Part shown: piece by piece, positions 24,848 through 43,334 of the stretch | How the letters are laid out: every line of letters starts with the position of its first letter | Position numbering within the stretch: position 1 is the stretch's first letter | Source: Saprolegnia diclina VS20 | Lineage: Eukaryota | Length of the DNA: 64,000 nt | Direction: 5' to 3' | Assembly (NCBI RefSeq): GCF_000281045.1 | Contig: NW_008246126.1 | Span: 34,868 to 98,867, forward strand | The notes under the pieces: generated by a model | Told to the model about the DNA's origin: nothing | Databases searched by the model: none | What the model saw: only the letters and a program-made list of their open reading frames with translations | Made by a program: the position numbers and the translations under genes

Positions 24848-27300
24848 ATGGACATCCAGCACGATGGCCATGGCGACGACAGCGACCCGATGGAGGTCAT
24901 GGTCGTCGCGCTAAGCAAGGATACGACCGAGATGTACACGCGCTACCGACTGCAGGAGACGCTGGCCTTGATGGGCTGCCGGACCAAGGACGCGGTCGAC
25001 GTGACCGGCAGCATCTTTCAGGCGTACCACGCCTTTGGCGTCGGCGCCACGAGCCACTGGCCGTTCGAGAGCCTCCAGCACGAGGTCTATGCGCAGCTTG
25101 CCAAGCTCGACTACACCAAGACGTCGCAGCTCCTCGACTTTGACATTGCCAAGGAGATTACGCAGCGCAACAAGTCGTTTGTCGTGCTCCTCGGTGGCAC
25201 GTCGGGCACGGGCAAGTCGACGCTCGCGTCGCTGCTCGCGTCGCGCCTGCGCCTCACCACGGTATACACTAGCCGTGCAAGAACGATGCCATAGTTCACT
25301 TGTAGGTCTTGCCAACCGACTCGGTCCGGCACATCTCGCGGGCCTTCTTGACCAAAGAGTCGCACCCGTGCGCCTTCATGTCGACGTACCAAGCCGGCGA
25401 AGCGCTCACGCCCGATCAAGTCGACGAGCTGAAGAAGGTTGGGTCATGCATCCTACGTCCTGCATCGTGACGTCGACGCGTAGATTGCAGCAGGCGACGT
25501 CAACACCATCATGTCGGAGAACCGTCTCCAGAAGCGCAAGGTGCTCAAAGGCTACAAGCTCCAGGCCGATGCCGTCCTCGAGAAGCTCGACCTCGTCCTC
25601 ACGATGTTTGAGAAGCGCAAGCAAAGCCTCGTCGTCGAAGGTCCCGTCCATTTTGCAATATGCGCACTTGATACTGACTTGATACTAATTGGCATAGGCG
25701 TGCACCTCAACACGGAGCAAATGGTCGAGCTTGTCCGACGCCACCCCAACTGCGTGCCGTTTGTGATTTACATCTCGAACGAGATGAAGCACCGCGAGCG
25801 GTAACCTGACCCTTATCGCGCATAGCCTCATAGCTGATGGCGTAGCTTTGCGGTGCGGGCGCGACACATGACGATCGATCCGCAAGAGAACAAGTACATC
25901 AAGTACTTTGACAACATTCGCATCATCCAGCGCCACCTGTGCAAGAACGCGGATACGTACTTGATCCCGAAGATTGACAACACCAACGTGGACCGGTCGC
26001 TCGTGACGATCCAGTCGACGCTCGTCCGCGTCTTGCGCAAAATGTTGCGCGGTAGGCATTCTGGCTTTTGCAACCTATCAATGTATCAATATGCCTCAAA
26101 TGTCGACGTAGGCGACAGCATGGTCGATGAAAAAACCGGCAAGTTTGTGCTGCTCTCGCGCGAACACGAGAGTGCGATCAAGAAGGCTTGGTCGAGCAAA
26201 GGCGTCCGCAAGGCCATGCGGCCGCTGACCAACCAAAAGGTCTCGAAGCGGCTCTTGCTGCGCCGTCTATTGGCCGAGCAGCAGTCGAACCACCACGTCG
26301 GGCCCGACAGCTCGTCGAGCGACGAAGAGGGCGGCGACCATCGTCCCAGTCGCCACGACGACGACGACGAGGAGCAAACGACCGTGGTCGGCAGTCTCTT
26401 GAGCTTTCGCGACAGCGCCAAGGTCCGCTCCGACGGCGACGAAGTACGTGCTCTGCATGCGTCCACGGTGGATGACCCGATGCTGACTAGGACGACAAGG
26501 CGTTGTCGACTACGATCCAGCAAATGGCGCTCTGGCGCGCGAGCCAGCCCAAACCGCTCGCGTTGGACGGTACCTATTTGGTTTCCAATGTTCAATGTTT
26601 CAAGGTATCGATTTGCGACGACCACTAGACACGGCCGTGGGCGACGACGGCGTCGACCCGGAAATGACGTTCGAGAACTTCCACTTGGCCGACATGAAGC
26701 AGCGCTGGCGCCACAAGGAGCGCACACGGTCGTGGTTTGGGTCGCCGTCGCAAGCCATCGAGAAGCAACGCTCATTGACGCTCGACAAGGGTACGACGAG
26801 GCTCCGTCAGTCGAATGACGACAGTTTTGTAGGTCCGTTGAGTGTTATTCACGCTGGCAATCGCCGTCCGGCGACCAAGGTGCGTCCGTCCTCGGCAAGC
26901 CCCAAGAAGCGCGACTCGCTTCGGCACAAGGCCGTGAGCCTTGGCGACAAAGGGCCGCGGCCCATGTCGGCACGCCGCCTCTCGTCGTCCCAAGGTATTC
27001 CTTGCTGCTAAAGTATGCGTAGCGATCTGCATTGTAGATTTGGATTTGGATTTCGACTCGGTCTCGGTCTCAGATCTGGACCGGCAAGACTGCATCTCCG
27101 AGTCGTCGTCGCACGCTGAAAACTGCACGTCGCCACTGGCGTCGCCCACCCGCAGCATTGGCGAGATGGACTACGCCGTGAGCTCGGGCAGCGACGACGA
27201 CGACGACGGCTTTGAGTTGCCGCCTGTCCCAGCATTTGCACCGGCGCCGTCCGCTGCGAGTTGCCCGGCGCCGCCCGCTGCAAGCCGCCCGACGCCATAG
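24848..27300 (+). CDS. P-loop NTPase of the 2-phosphoglycerate kinase / plant LPA1-like family; multi-exon
   Basis: LLGGTSGTGKSTLASLLASRL, TDSVRH, STY.AG, VVEGVHL, NEMKHRERFAVR, NKYIKYFDNIR.IQ, PKIDNTNVDRS; low-complexity C-terminus. Confidence 0.85.
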
Positions 27301-27519
27301 ATGGTATCGACGACGCGTCATCATCGTCGTCAGGACCCAAGGGCCAATACACTCGCATGCATGTTGTGTGTGTGGGGGTTTATCAATGTATCAACCGGCG
27401 CTTAGGCATGGTTGCGCGGCGACGGCCTGCGCTAGTACGCCTTGGGGTGGCGTCCCTTGCCTTGCTGGCGCTGCTCCCACCACACTAGTTGCGACATGTC
27501 AGTATTCCCTCGGCGCATA

Positions 27520-28678
27520 TTAGCGACGACGCGGTGTCATACCATGGAACGGGGTCGCCCACTGCGACTTTGGGTCAAAGAGAAGCTGGTACTTGAGGTA
27601 CGAGAAGGCGTAGGCGCCGACGAACGAGACGCCGACGCCGAGGACGTGCCAGGCATCGGTGACAGCGTCGGGGAAGAAGAGAAAGCCGAGGCCAGTCGAC
27701 GCGAGGTCCTTGACGTTGCCCGTCACGGACGTCGCGAGCGCCGACGTTTTGGTCTATGCGGTCAGAGTGAGGAGACCTGGCATTGTACACATTTGTCGTT
27801 GGTACCGTGCAGAGCTGGATGGCCACTTGGTACACGAGGCAGACGCTGCTCATGACAAGAAATAGACCTGCAAACGTCAGTGGACGTGCCAGCTCGAGTG
27901 CGAATGCGTGGACAGTCGAATATTCATAGTAGATGGCAGGCGGCGTCAAGAGGACGGCGCCGACGAGGCTGTTGGTAAAGACCACGAGCAATGGCGGCAG
28001 CGTCGACTGCTTGGAGAGCACGAGCGACCCGGCGGTCATGCAGTTTTGGGCAAACACGAGGATATAGCCGAGCAGATCATAGGACGCGTCGTGGTAGCCT
28101 GCGAGAAGACTGCCGATGGCCGTGACTAGGCATTTCGATGAGCGTTGACATGGCTATTTCGTAGTACCAAATAGCGCCGCCTTCATCGCATCCGGGATCA
28201 CCTAGAGGAAGAGCAGGATGAGCGTTGGGTCGCTGCATCTCTGAGGCGCACCTTTTTGAGCACGACAATCTCCATGAAGAGGACCTTGAGCGTCGTGAGG
28301 CGGCGCAGCACGAGGTACCTATGAAGATGCAAGCGACGGGTTGGCAGGCAGGCCGAGGCAGTACATGGGCATGTTGACGAGGCGCATGCACACAAACGCC
28401 GTCGTCGTGTTGATGGACTGTAACGTCGCTAGCGGTGCGACCTCGTAAAGCCACACACGCCACGTGAGCGCGGCGACGTCCAGTGGCAGGACGCGGACCG
28501 CGTGCAATACGAGCAGCACGACGACGGTAAAGACGTGCTGCAGCGCAGCGAGCGAGAGGACCGCGCGCCAGCCGTACGAGGTCAGTATCGTCTTGGTGAG
28601 CATGTTCATGCTCATCGAGCACACGAGGTACAGGGCGCAGGGCCACAGCGCTGCCACGAGCCGGCGGACGCGGTGCAT
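27520..28678 (-). CDS. Nucleotide-sugar transporter (SLC35D/TPT-like, DMT superfamily); multi-exon
   Basis: Multiple TM segments; Y...S.SM...K.IL, VNMPMY.VLRRLT, SVTGNVKD motifs. Confidence 0.82.
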
Positions 28679-28866
28679 CAAAGATTCGCCGCGTTTGATT
28701 GGCGCATTGTCGCAGCCATATCTTACGCGACCTTTCATATTCCATATTCCATATTGCATACTGAATATTATCGATGAGGCTCGATACACGATATCCGGAT
28801 ATGCAATATCAATATATTTGTGGTCATTTCCAGCAAGCCGACAAGGACGACAAGGACGAGACGACG

Positions 28867-34261
<5,395 letters not shown>

Positions 34262-34517
34262 TCGGATTGTATCGAGATATCAAGTGGGAAACTCTCTCAA
34301 ATGACAACAGTACGCGATTGCACCACGGTTAAATAGTTTAGGGACACGGAGGAGGAGGAGACTAGACGTGTCGTGGCCCGGTTTTTGTCTTGAGCACGTA
34401 GTCAAAGCTGTCGCTGCTGCCGCCACGCGTCGACTGCATGATGATGATCGTGTCGTCGCTTGCAACCGACGACGCCATGCCGAGACTCGGCTCTTCGACG
34501 ATGCTGCCTACGCAGCG

Positions 34518-35033
34518 TTAGCACATGAGTGTCGAGATTTGAAGGAGCCTACTGTTGGTGTAGTGGTGCTGCGACGCCATCGAACTGGCCGTCGACGAGG
34601 TCTTGAGCAACACCTGGCTACTTGTCGTTGTCGTACCTGGCGGCGGCTTGCGACTGGCCATGGAGGCGATCGGTCGGGGCGGTTTGCCGGCGCCCATAAT
34701 GACAAAGTCGTCCGACTCGGAGCTGCCGACAACAACGTGCTCGATCGCCGTCGGGTTGTTCGTATTGGTGCTCATCGTCGTGAGGTTGAGGTTGGCGTTG
34801 TTCGCGTGCAGATGGGCAACAAGTGCTTCGTGGAGGCCCGACCCGTTCTGCTGGCTGGCTTGCAGCACGGCCTCGTCCATGAGGTTCTGCATCGCGTGGC
34901 GCTTCTGCTCAAGCCGATACCGGCGTAGCGCCATGAAGCCGAGGAGCCCAAGCAAGACGGAGCCGAGGAGCGCGAGGCAGATGATGAGCAGCGATGAGCC
35001 CGAGGACTCGGCGAGGACGCGCCGCGTAGACAT
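34518..35033 (-). CDS. Hypothetical single-pass membrane protein (171 aa)
   Basis: N-terminal hydrophobic helix LLIICLALLGSVLLGLLGFMAL followed by RRYR; S/T-rich tail. Confidence 0.6.
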   Translation of the reverse strand: MSTRRVLAESSGSSLLIICLALLGSVLLGLLGFMALRRYRLEQKRHAMQNLMDEAVLQASQQNGSGLHEALVAHLHANNANLNLTTMSTNTNNPTAIEHVVVGSSESDDFVIMGAGKPPRPIASMASRKPPPGTTTTSSQVLLKTSSTASSMASQHHYTNSRLLQISTLMC

Positions 35034-35749
35034 GCTGCTGGTGGAAGCGGAAGCTGTATATGTCGACGCTGCCCGCGCACAGAGCCAGTCGGTCGGTTGC
35101 CTGTTTTGCCGTTTGGCTCAGCAATTGCCGTAGGTAGTACCTTTTTGTCCGGATACGTGAAGTCATGGCTAATCGCACGCGACTTTGGCGATGCTGTTCG
35201 CAGGTGTGGCCGCATGATGCAGGCCTTTGCTCTACCCGCATCGGCGTTGGCATTGCCTCATAATGTAGATACTGAATCGTGTCATAGAAGTGGGCGGGAC
35301 CGCGGCCAAATGGCGATAAAAGTTGACTGGGTGGTTTAAAATGGAGTGATTTTAGCCAACGCCATGGCAGGTGACACACGCATATCAGCCTGCGCGAGAC
35401 TTGCATGCAAGTCGTCTAATCCAGTGGCGCTTCTGCTCTGGAGATTGGTATGCGTAGGACTACGTCGTCATCGACACCTCAATGCGCATTACGGTGCTTG
35501 TCAATGGCGCGCTTGTATCGATCCTCGCTGCTGGCAACAGCACGTCCACGGGTACATGCGGGCTGGGTGGACACCTCCCTGCTACGACGCAACCACGAGG
35601 CGAGCAGGCATGGCGGCAGTGTCCAGCTCCGCAATCCGTCAAGAAGCGAATACACAATCAAAGATACAGCGCGTCAATGTACTAGGTTTGCTTAAGCTTG
35701 GGTTCATATATATGGTGAGACGAGGTTTCGAAAGAAATTCAGCGCCTTG

Positions 35750-38700
35750 TTACACTTCGGGATGCAGGTGCTGCACGTGGCTCACGAGCACCGCAGGGTC
35801 GGGCGTGACGAACGGACAGAACGGACACCGCTCCGGTTGGACATGGACAGGCGCCGCGACCACCGCCGGGTACCTCGCCATTTGGCGGGGCGTCACTGTC
35901 TGCACAAAGCCCGAGGCCGGCGCCTTGCGGCGGCGCAACAGAGCTCCGAGAAGACCGACAATCACGACGCCCACTACTGCCACCGCAATCGTCATCCACG
36001 TCTTCCACTCGAAGCCCGACGACGACGACGACGACGATGACGGTTGATTGTCACCGTTGGGTGACGTGGCGCCCGACGTGGGCGCCGTGCCACTGGGCGT
36101 GCTGGACGCAACGGCCGACGATGACGCGACGAGCGAGTACGCCTGCGTGTTGGTCACGAGCACCGACGTGCCAGCGATGCGCGCCTCGACAACGATGCCG
36201 CCCGAGGTGCTCGACGATGCCACTTTGGCCAATGCCGCGTATGACACATCCACCTACGTCATCGACATCTACTAAGTATCAATCTATCAACCCAATTCAA
36301 CCATACCACTTCGACGTTGTTGACAGTGTCGGGACCGTTGGGCGACGCAATCGGGTAAAAGATGGTGGTGCCAAGGACCACCGAGAGGTCGAGGTTGTTT
36401 TGGAGCTGCGTCGTGGCGGCCATAGAGCCCGGCGGGTCGGTCCACACCTACTTGTCCATATTAACACGCAATTGTATAGAAGCGTGGACGTCCTACCAGT
36501 GTGACACGGAGCGACTGCCCTGGCAGCACGGTAAAGCTGTACGTGTGCAGCCCGCCGTGGCGCAGAGTGGGCGCGCTCGTGGTTGAATTTGGCAGGAAAA
36601 ACACCTTGGGGACCGCCGATGGACCAAAGGACGCAATGTTGGAGAGCTGCGGCAGCCCGTAGCCTTGGTTAAAGTCGGGGTACGACAGCGACGTCGCCGT
36701 CTGCTGCACAAACGAGCACGTCACGAGGCCCCGGAGCGGACCGATGCGATTCTTCAAGCCCGTTGCGCTATGGATCATGAGCGCCTTGATGAGCGAAGCG
36801 GGAATCGTCTTGAGGCCGTTCGAGACGTCGCGGGTCCCCGCTTTCCACCAGCCGTCGCGGAGCCACTCGTAGATAAGAACAGCGACACCGGCAGCGACGG
36901 GCGTTGCCTACAACCTCGCGATATGAGACACGATGCCAATGCGACGAATGGTCGGACCTGGGACGTGCCTTGGAGAGGGCAAACCTGCGTTGTCTTGGTC
37001 GTCAAGCCGGCGGCGAGGCTCTGGGACGACGTGATCACTTGGCCTGGCGCCACGAGGTCCGGCTTCATGCGGCCGTCCGACGTGGGACCGATCGACGAAA
37101 AAGAGGCGACGCTGTTGGGGTTGAAGATGTTGGGGCAGTTGAGCGTCGAGGCGAGGCTGGCGACCGTGTTCATCGACGCGCCGACACTAGCCCCATCGAT
37201 ATACGTCTATGAACTGCAACTAGGAGGAGGTACCTGAGCACGTTCTTGGCGCCAGCGGGCGAGCTGATTGAGCGCGGGCCTTCGTCGCCCGAGTTGCCGG
37301 CCGCAATCACAATCAGCGTCTCGGGGTTCGAGAAGATGTAGTCGTCGAGGTCCCGCGCTTGCTAAGGGTACTATGAGTCGTAGCTACTTGGTGCAGATGG
37401 TCGTACTTGGCTGTAGTCGTCGCCGTCGGTGCCCCACGAAAAGGAGAAGATCTTGGCGCCCGCACGCACTTGGTTGCGGAGCAAATCGGAGACATCCGAC
37501 GGCGTTTGGAGGCTTACGGGGCAGTTGACATTCGGGAGGTTGGCGCATCTCGAGCTCTACATCAACATCGTTACTGCATATTGCGACAGCGGGGTTAGGG
37601 TACCTGTGTCCCAATGTCCATAAAGGCCACTTTGGCGTTGAAGGCCACGCCGAGGTTGGGCTGTGCTTTGCTCAACGAGCTCCCGAGAAGGATACCGGAG
37701 ACATGGGTGCCGTGGCCACACGTGATGTTCTCCGATTGGTCAAACTGGTCGCCAAACGCTTCGTAGGACACGACCTAGTTGATACATCGATGCATTAGCG
37801 ACAACCGAAAGGTTCAGAGACACAAACCTTGCGGTTGGTCGACACGATGCGACCAAACGGCCTTGCGCCAGGTTGGTCAAACTGGTCGTGGTCCATGTAG
37901 AGTCCCGTATCGGTGATGCCGACGGTGATATCGTTGCCCGAACTATCCGATAGTTGGAGTCCTTGGATAGATTGATTCGATATCGATACATATACATACA
38001 TGCCGTAGTTCTGGGCCTCGGTGACGCCAACGACAATGTCGGCTTGGGAGTCGAGACGTCGCAAGAGGGGCGGCATTGGCTCGGAGAAATGGCGCGTCGA
38101 TGCAAACGCAGTGACAAAGACGACTGCGTCTTGGCGACTGAGGTACGTCACCACGGTCGACCAGACCTTGAAGTTGCTCAGCGACGGCACGTAGAGACTC
38201 TTGGGCGAGTGTTTTGTGAGCAGGTCGTCCGAGATGCCCGTGAGCTGTCGCAGTCCCGCGTTGAGTTCTGTGATTGTCTCGTTGCTCACGGGACCGATGA
38301 ATCCAATCTCCATCGCTGGCGCTTCCGAGAGGACGCTGCTGACGCTGCGCGCAAACGGCGTCAGCTTCATGAGCGGCGGCAGCGGCAGGATGCGGTGGGT
38401 GCAGTTGAGCCGGTTGAGCGCGTCGGCGGTCGACGCATTGGCATGCACCAGCACCAACGTGCTGCCTACACGACCGATATACAGCGACATGAGCACAAAA
38501 CGAGGCGACAGAGAAAGCTTCGTACCCGAGTCGTTGCCGTTGCTGCGGCTGAGGAGGCGAAGGAACGGGTCCGCGCCGTCGAGCACCGCTTTGATCTGAG
38601 GCATGCACGCGACCTCGGTCGCACAGCGCTCGATCTGAACAAGCGTCGGGACGAGACTCGTGGGGTCGGTGCTGGCATTGGTCGGCGCGAGCGACGCCAG

Positions 38701-39039
38701 GTGGCACGCGCCAAGCACCGGGTTTTCGCCGCTGACCATGGCGTCGACGGCGGTCTGAAAGTCGTCGAGGAACGAGGCGAACGAGAGGCCATCGTCGCCC
38801 AGCGTGAGCGCGACGCTGAGGTTGGCGCGCTGGCACGTGATAAAGTCGATGGGCGCGACAGGCCCGCTGCCTTCTTTGAGCAGCCGACTCGTCGTGCTGC
38901 AGCGGGACGCGCAGTCGGTGGCCGGCGACAGCGTATACGGGCTGCAGTGGTAGCTGCAGTAGGCCTCGGTCGAGGTGAAGCGCCATGGCGCGGCGGCGGC
39001 GCCAGCGAAGGCGAGGGCGAGGACGGGGACGCAGCGCAT
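35750..39039 (-). CDS. Subtilisin-like S8 serine protease with signal peptide, C-terminal TM helix and cytoplasmic C2H2-like motif; multi-exon
   Basis: Signal MRCVPVLALAFAGAAAA; triad motifs VGITDTG, GHGTHVSG, GTSQATP; FSSIGPTSDGRMKPDLVAPG; QGYG; TM WMTIAVAVVGVVIVGLLGALL then RRRK. Confidence 0.9.
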
Positions 39040-39588
39040 GGCAACTTGCGCTCTGGCAAGCTGGCCGTGTGACACGGTGGACAGTTGTGAAATTTTCGTC
39101 TTTTAATTCGTCACATACAAACAATTCGATATTATTTTACAATCGTAAAAACACGGTAAATTTCCGAAAATGACGGGAGATATACGGTGCAAAGTCGGAA
39201 AATTCGTTGTGACCAAGCGTCTCATATTTGGACGCTCCGCGACGTCGCTCGAAGCCCATGGCGTGCTACGCAGAGTCACACGGTGGGAACAATATACTAT
39301 TTGACATCTATCCAGTGGACACTATTACTATGTGTACTGTACTGGCTCAAAGACATGGGCAACGCTGCCACCGCTACAAGGCCGTTTGTTGAGGGTCCTC
39401 GAAGTCGGCTCCAACGGTTCGTATTACCATTCGCAACACTATTGTCATCGCTACGCTCGCAATTATTGGACGCAACAAGGTAAGATACGATTAGATAATA
39501 GATAAGATTCGATTAGATAAAGATAAATTCGATAAACGATGCAATCATACGATGACACATCTTGATGGTCGTCGTCGTCTTGTCGACT

Positions 39589-41398
39589 TCACGCGTCGAT
39601 GCTGTTGTTGGAGTCCTCGTCGCCAAGGTACCCCTTGTCGATCGAAACGTCGACATTGTTGCCGTCGTCGTCCATCGAGACATCGGCGATGTTGCCGGCG
39701 TCCATCGAGACATCGACATTGTTGCCGTCGTCCATCGAGACATCGGCGGCGTCGTCTTTGTCGTCGTTGTTGTCGTTGTTGTCGTTGTCGTCGTCGTCGT
39801 CGCTGGCAACGTCGATAACCATGTCGTCGTTGTTGCCAAAGAGGACCTCGCGGTTCTTGAGCTTGGCGTGAAGCATCTTGCGGTACGCTTCCATCGACGT
39901 GTCGAGGCACCACACGACGGGGCCTTCGACGAGAGCGTGGCGCTTCAAGCCGCCAAACACCTTCTTCGGGTCCACCTGGAGGACGTAGTCGCGGAAGGCG
40001 GCACTGCCCGACTCGGCGTCTTCCCGCGTGGGCCCCGACACGACGGACTTGAACTGATCAACGGCAAACTTGGTCGTCTCGAGCGCGGCCTCAACGACAG
40101 CAGCGGCGTCGGGCGACACGAACGAGGTCATGAGCAGCGCGTTGTTCGCTGCGCCGCCCCACTCGAGCCCGCGCTCGGCGAACGCGATCGCACCGCGAAT
40201 GATGTCGCGCGTGAGCGACTCTGCTTCGATCTTGATCGGCTCGCCATCCAACGCCGGGCGATTCGTCAACTCGTCGATAAAATAGGCGTAGAAAGGGCCC
40301 TTGTAGCCTTCCGGCAGCGGCGCCGGCTTCTTGGAGCCCGGAGACAAAATCTTGTCCGTGAGGACGATCGCCCGGGGAACGATGGCGTCTTGCGCCTACG
40401 AATCCATGCGCCATGAGCATCATCAACCATAAAAGAGGTTCACGTACCGCTAGCACCGTCGTCGACGTAGCAAAATGCTGGCGCAGCTCTTGCTCCATGA
40501 GGCCTTCGATGCCCTGGCCATTCTTGAGCGTCAACTCTTTCAGGCCTTGGAGGCTGGCTTGGATCTCCTTGTGATGGCCATCCATGCGTGCGGCATACCG
40601 CGCAACCTTCTCGTCCGTGCCCTTCTGCGCCGCTTGCAAGCTCTGGAGCTGGGCGATGATTTGGGCGTTGATGCCGAATTCGGTCATGACGTCCCGAAAT
40701 GCGTCCTTCATCGAAGCAGCCAGCTTGACGTCGCGTTCTTGCTGCTCCGTCGCGCTCGCGGCCGCTTGACGAGACGAACGCGACTTGATCTTGACCGGGG
40801 GCGAGCATCCCGTCTTCGTGGCATCGAGGCTGCGCTGCGCCGCAGCTGGCTTCTCCCTATGCGACCAATACATGCTTACATTTACGCACGAGTATTCCGA
40901 CATGAAGACATACGAGGCGCCGCGTCGTGGCGTGGCGGCCTCCGGAGCGCGCGCTGCCGTCGCCTCGCCGCAGATCTTGGCTTGCGTCTCGGCCCTGTCA
41001 CGCCAAATGAGTTTACCCGGTCAAGCGCCATGCAACGCACTGCGTTTGATTGTCGAGAGCTTTGATGGCTTTGCGAATGTCGACCACGCTACGAGAAGCA
41101 TGAGCCTGTCGTGGCTCGAGAGTGTCGCTGCTTACTTTTGCTTGGCTCGTGCGTAGTCCACGCCGAAGATGCGAAACATCGCCGCTTCATCTTCGGCCGA
41201 GAGCTCGGCGCTTTGGAGCCCAGCCGCGACGGCCGGCGGCGGCGCACTTGTCGGCGCATTGGGATCTGTCGAGTACTTGCTCACCAAGTGTTGTAGCGGG
41301 ACGATCTTGAAAACGCCCTGCAACTTGCGCAGCACACTGATCTCGGCGGGACCGAAGCGCGGCGGCGGCAGCGCCATCACTCGGGGCAAGTCGGCCAT
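39589..41398 (-). CDS. Hypothetical multi-exon protein with coiled-coil and acidic repetitive C-terminus
   Basis: Exons join in frame via GT-AG introns; D/N-rich end with DVSMDD repeats; no family recognised; 5' end uncertain. Confidence 0.55.
39640..39750 (-). repeat. ~30-bp coding tandem repeat (DVSMD-x-GN) x4
   Basis: Repeated TCCATCGAGACATCG units on the + strand. Confidence 0.75.
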
Positions 41399-41833
41399 GA
41401 TACTACTTCAGAAATGCCGAGCGAGCTCGGCGGTCGACGGGCGACCGTTGGCATTGTGCGCGGTCCGGTCATACAAACACCAAGTGCTCGGTCAAGCAAG
41501 GTACACAGAACTACGACTCCTTGCGTCGTTTCAGCGTCTCCGCCGATGGCGAACGAGCAACCCGGCTACCTCGACAGTGCTCTTGAAGCTACGGCGCCAC
41601 TACATTTGTAGCAGTACAAAGCCCATACTAGTTTGCATAGCGCGACGCTTCCCTCATACTACTAGCGGCGCCGCCCGAGCCTTGTCGCCGCAGGAAGCAG
41701 CACGAGGGCAACCATGGGGCTGCAAGAACGACCGCAGGTGTTGCACTCGTCTTCTCCTCGCCAAAGCGCGAGACGATGTCATTGGCCGCCGTATGCAGAC
41801 CACCGTCGTGGGGCGGTGGTGTAACCAGTACTA

Positions 41834-43334
41834 CAGTGCGGGCAACATTTATAGCCCCACCGTGTACGGCATGTTACAGACATTATTATCCGATAAAATT
41901 TTGTGAACATGTTGTTCAATATTGTGTGATGTCGCATGTAAAATTTCGAAATCATTACTAATGGTCAAGTGGGTGATGTCCATGATATATCATTTTTGGC
42001 CGCGAAGATACATAGCCTCACTTTCTAGTAGTCGATCGCACGGCCCCGTTTCTTGAGAACCTCGACGCAGCGCTTGTTCATGGAGTCACTCAAGGCCTTG
42101 AGGTACTTGTTGGTCAGCTTGGACCATGCCTTTTCGATCGCAGTACGCAGGGAAGCGACAGACGGGTAGCATCGTCCGTTCGCGTAGATTTTGCGAACCA
42201 GGAAGCCCCAGACGTTCTCGATCGGGTTCAAATCGGGCGAGCGAGCAGGCCAAGTCATTACCTTGACCTTCTCCATGCGCAGGAAGGCCGTGGTGGCCTT
42301 CGAGGAGTGGATCGAGGCGTTGTCTTGTTGGAACGTCTGGTGGGAGCGGCAGTAAATTGGCAGCAAGTGCTGCCGCAGCGTCATGCAGTACTTGATCGAG
42401 TCCTGCTTGCCGTCTAGGAACGCTAGCACTTTCGTTCCGTCCGCCGCATACGCGCCCCAGACCATGACCGAGCCGCCACCGGACTGGCGCTTCTGAAAGT
42501 ACTGAGGCTCCTTGCGGAGGTCACGCCAGTAGTACTGGATGCCGTCGGGACCGTCCAAATTGAACTTCTTCTCGTCGCTGAAGATGACCGAGGACCAGTC
42601 GAAGCTTGATTCGAGATGCTTTGCGGCAAACATCTCGCGTCGAATCATGTGGTCCTTGGTCATCCATGGCATCTTCTGGCGCATCTCCCAGCGCAAATGC
42701 TGGACACTGGAGAGTATCTGCTGGATGCGACGAACTCCCAGCGGCACTTGCTGGTCGAAACGTAGCTGTCGGGCAGTGAAAATGCCCTTGGAAGCCGCCG
42801 TGATGAGGCGCCGAAGGTCCCGCGGGCTAAGCTTTGGCTTGCGACCCGGCCGTTTCGCCGTGTTGTAGGCCTTCGGGTTCTTCACAAAGTTGTTGACAAC
42901 CTTGGGTGAGCGCTTGAGCTTCTTGGCGATCGCTCTGTTGGACAAACCGCACTCTTTGAATGCCAAAATGCGCTCGCGTTCGCTGGGCGTCAAAACCGTC
43001 CCTCGTGGCATGGTTACGATTGCTAGAGGAGCGCGGAACGTAAGATATACATCAAAGAAGCATTCAGCGAGGCCATCGTAACCGAGATACTCGCAGCAAC
43101 GCGTGTACGCGCCCACAGAAGTCCCCGCGGTGAAGTGAGGCTATATAGTTTCGTCGGCGTACCTGTCGATTTTTCACTTTGTTGACGACTTCAAAGTGAC
43201 GGCAGCTCCGTTTTGCCTCGTTGACCCCACGATTGAATCACCCAATCACAGGCTTCGATTTGACACGTCGTGCGTTAAACGAATCTTATTGGTTCCTGAA
43301 ATTTTGCCTGAGGCTATAGATGTTGCCCGCACTG
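41834..43334 (-). mobile_element. Complete Tc1/mariner DNA transposon, 1501 bp
   Basis: 23-bp TIRs CAGTGCGGGCAACAT(T/C)TATAGCC at 41834-41856 and 43312-43334 (1 mismatch); TA target-site duplications at 41832-41833 and 43335-43336. Confidence 0.95.
42025..43011 (-). CDS. Tc1/Tc3-like DD34E transposase, intact (328 aa)
   Basis: MPRG..LT N-terminal HTH, GRKPK, IFSDEKKF, FQQDNA, SPDLNPIE with 34 residues between D and E; no stops. Confidence 0.95.
   Translation of the reverse strand: MPRGTVLTPSERERILAFKECGLSNRAIAKKLKRSPKVVNNFVKNPKAYNTAKRPGRKPKLSPRDLRRLITAASKGIFTARQLRFDQQVPLGVRRIQQILSSVQHLRWEMRQKMPWMTKDHMIRREMFAAKHLESSFDWSSVIFSDEKKFNLDGPDGIQYYWRDLRKEPQYFQKRQSGGGSVMVWGAYAADGTKVLAFLDGKQDSIKYCMTLRQHLLPIYCRSHQTFQQDNASIHSSKATTAFLRMEKVKVMTWPARSPDLNPIENVWGFLVRKIYANGRCYPSVASLRTAIEKAWSKLTNKYLKALSDSMNKRCVEVLKKRGRAIDY

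Noticed and set aside
39480..39545. GATA-rich AT stretch
   Set aside because: Low-complexity 3' flank with no defined structure.
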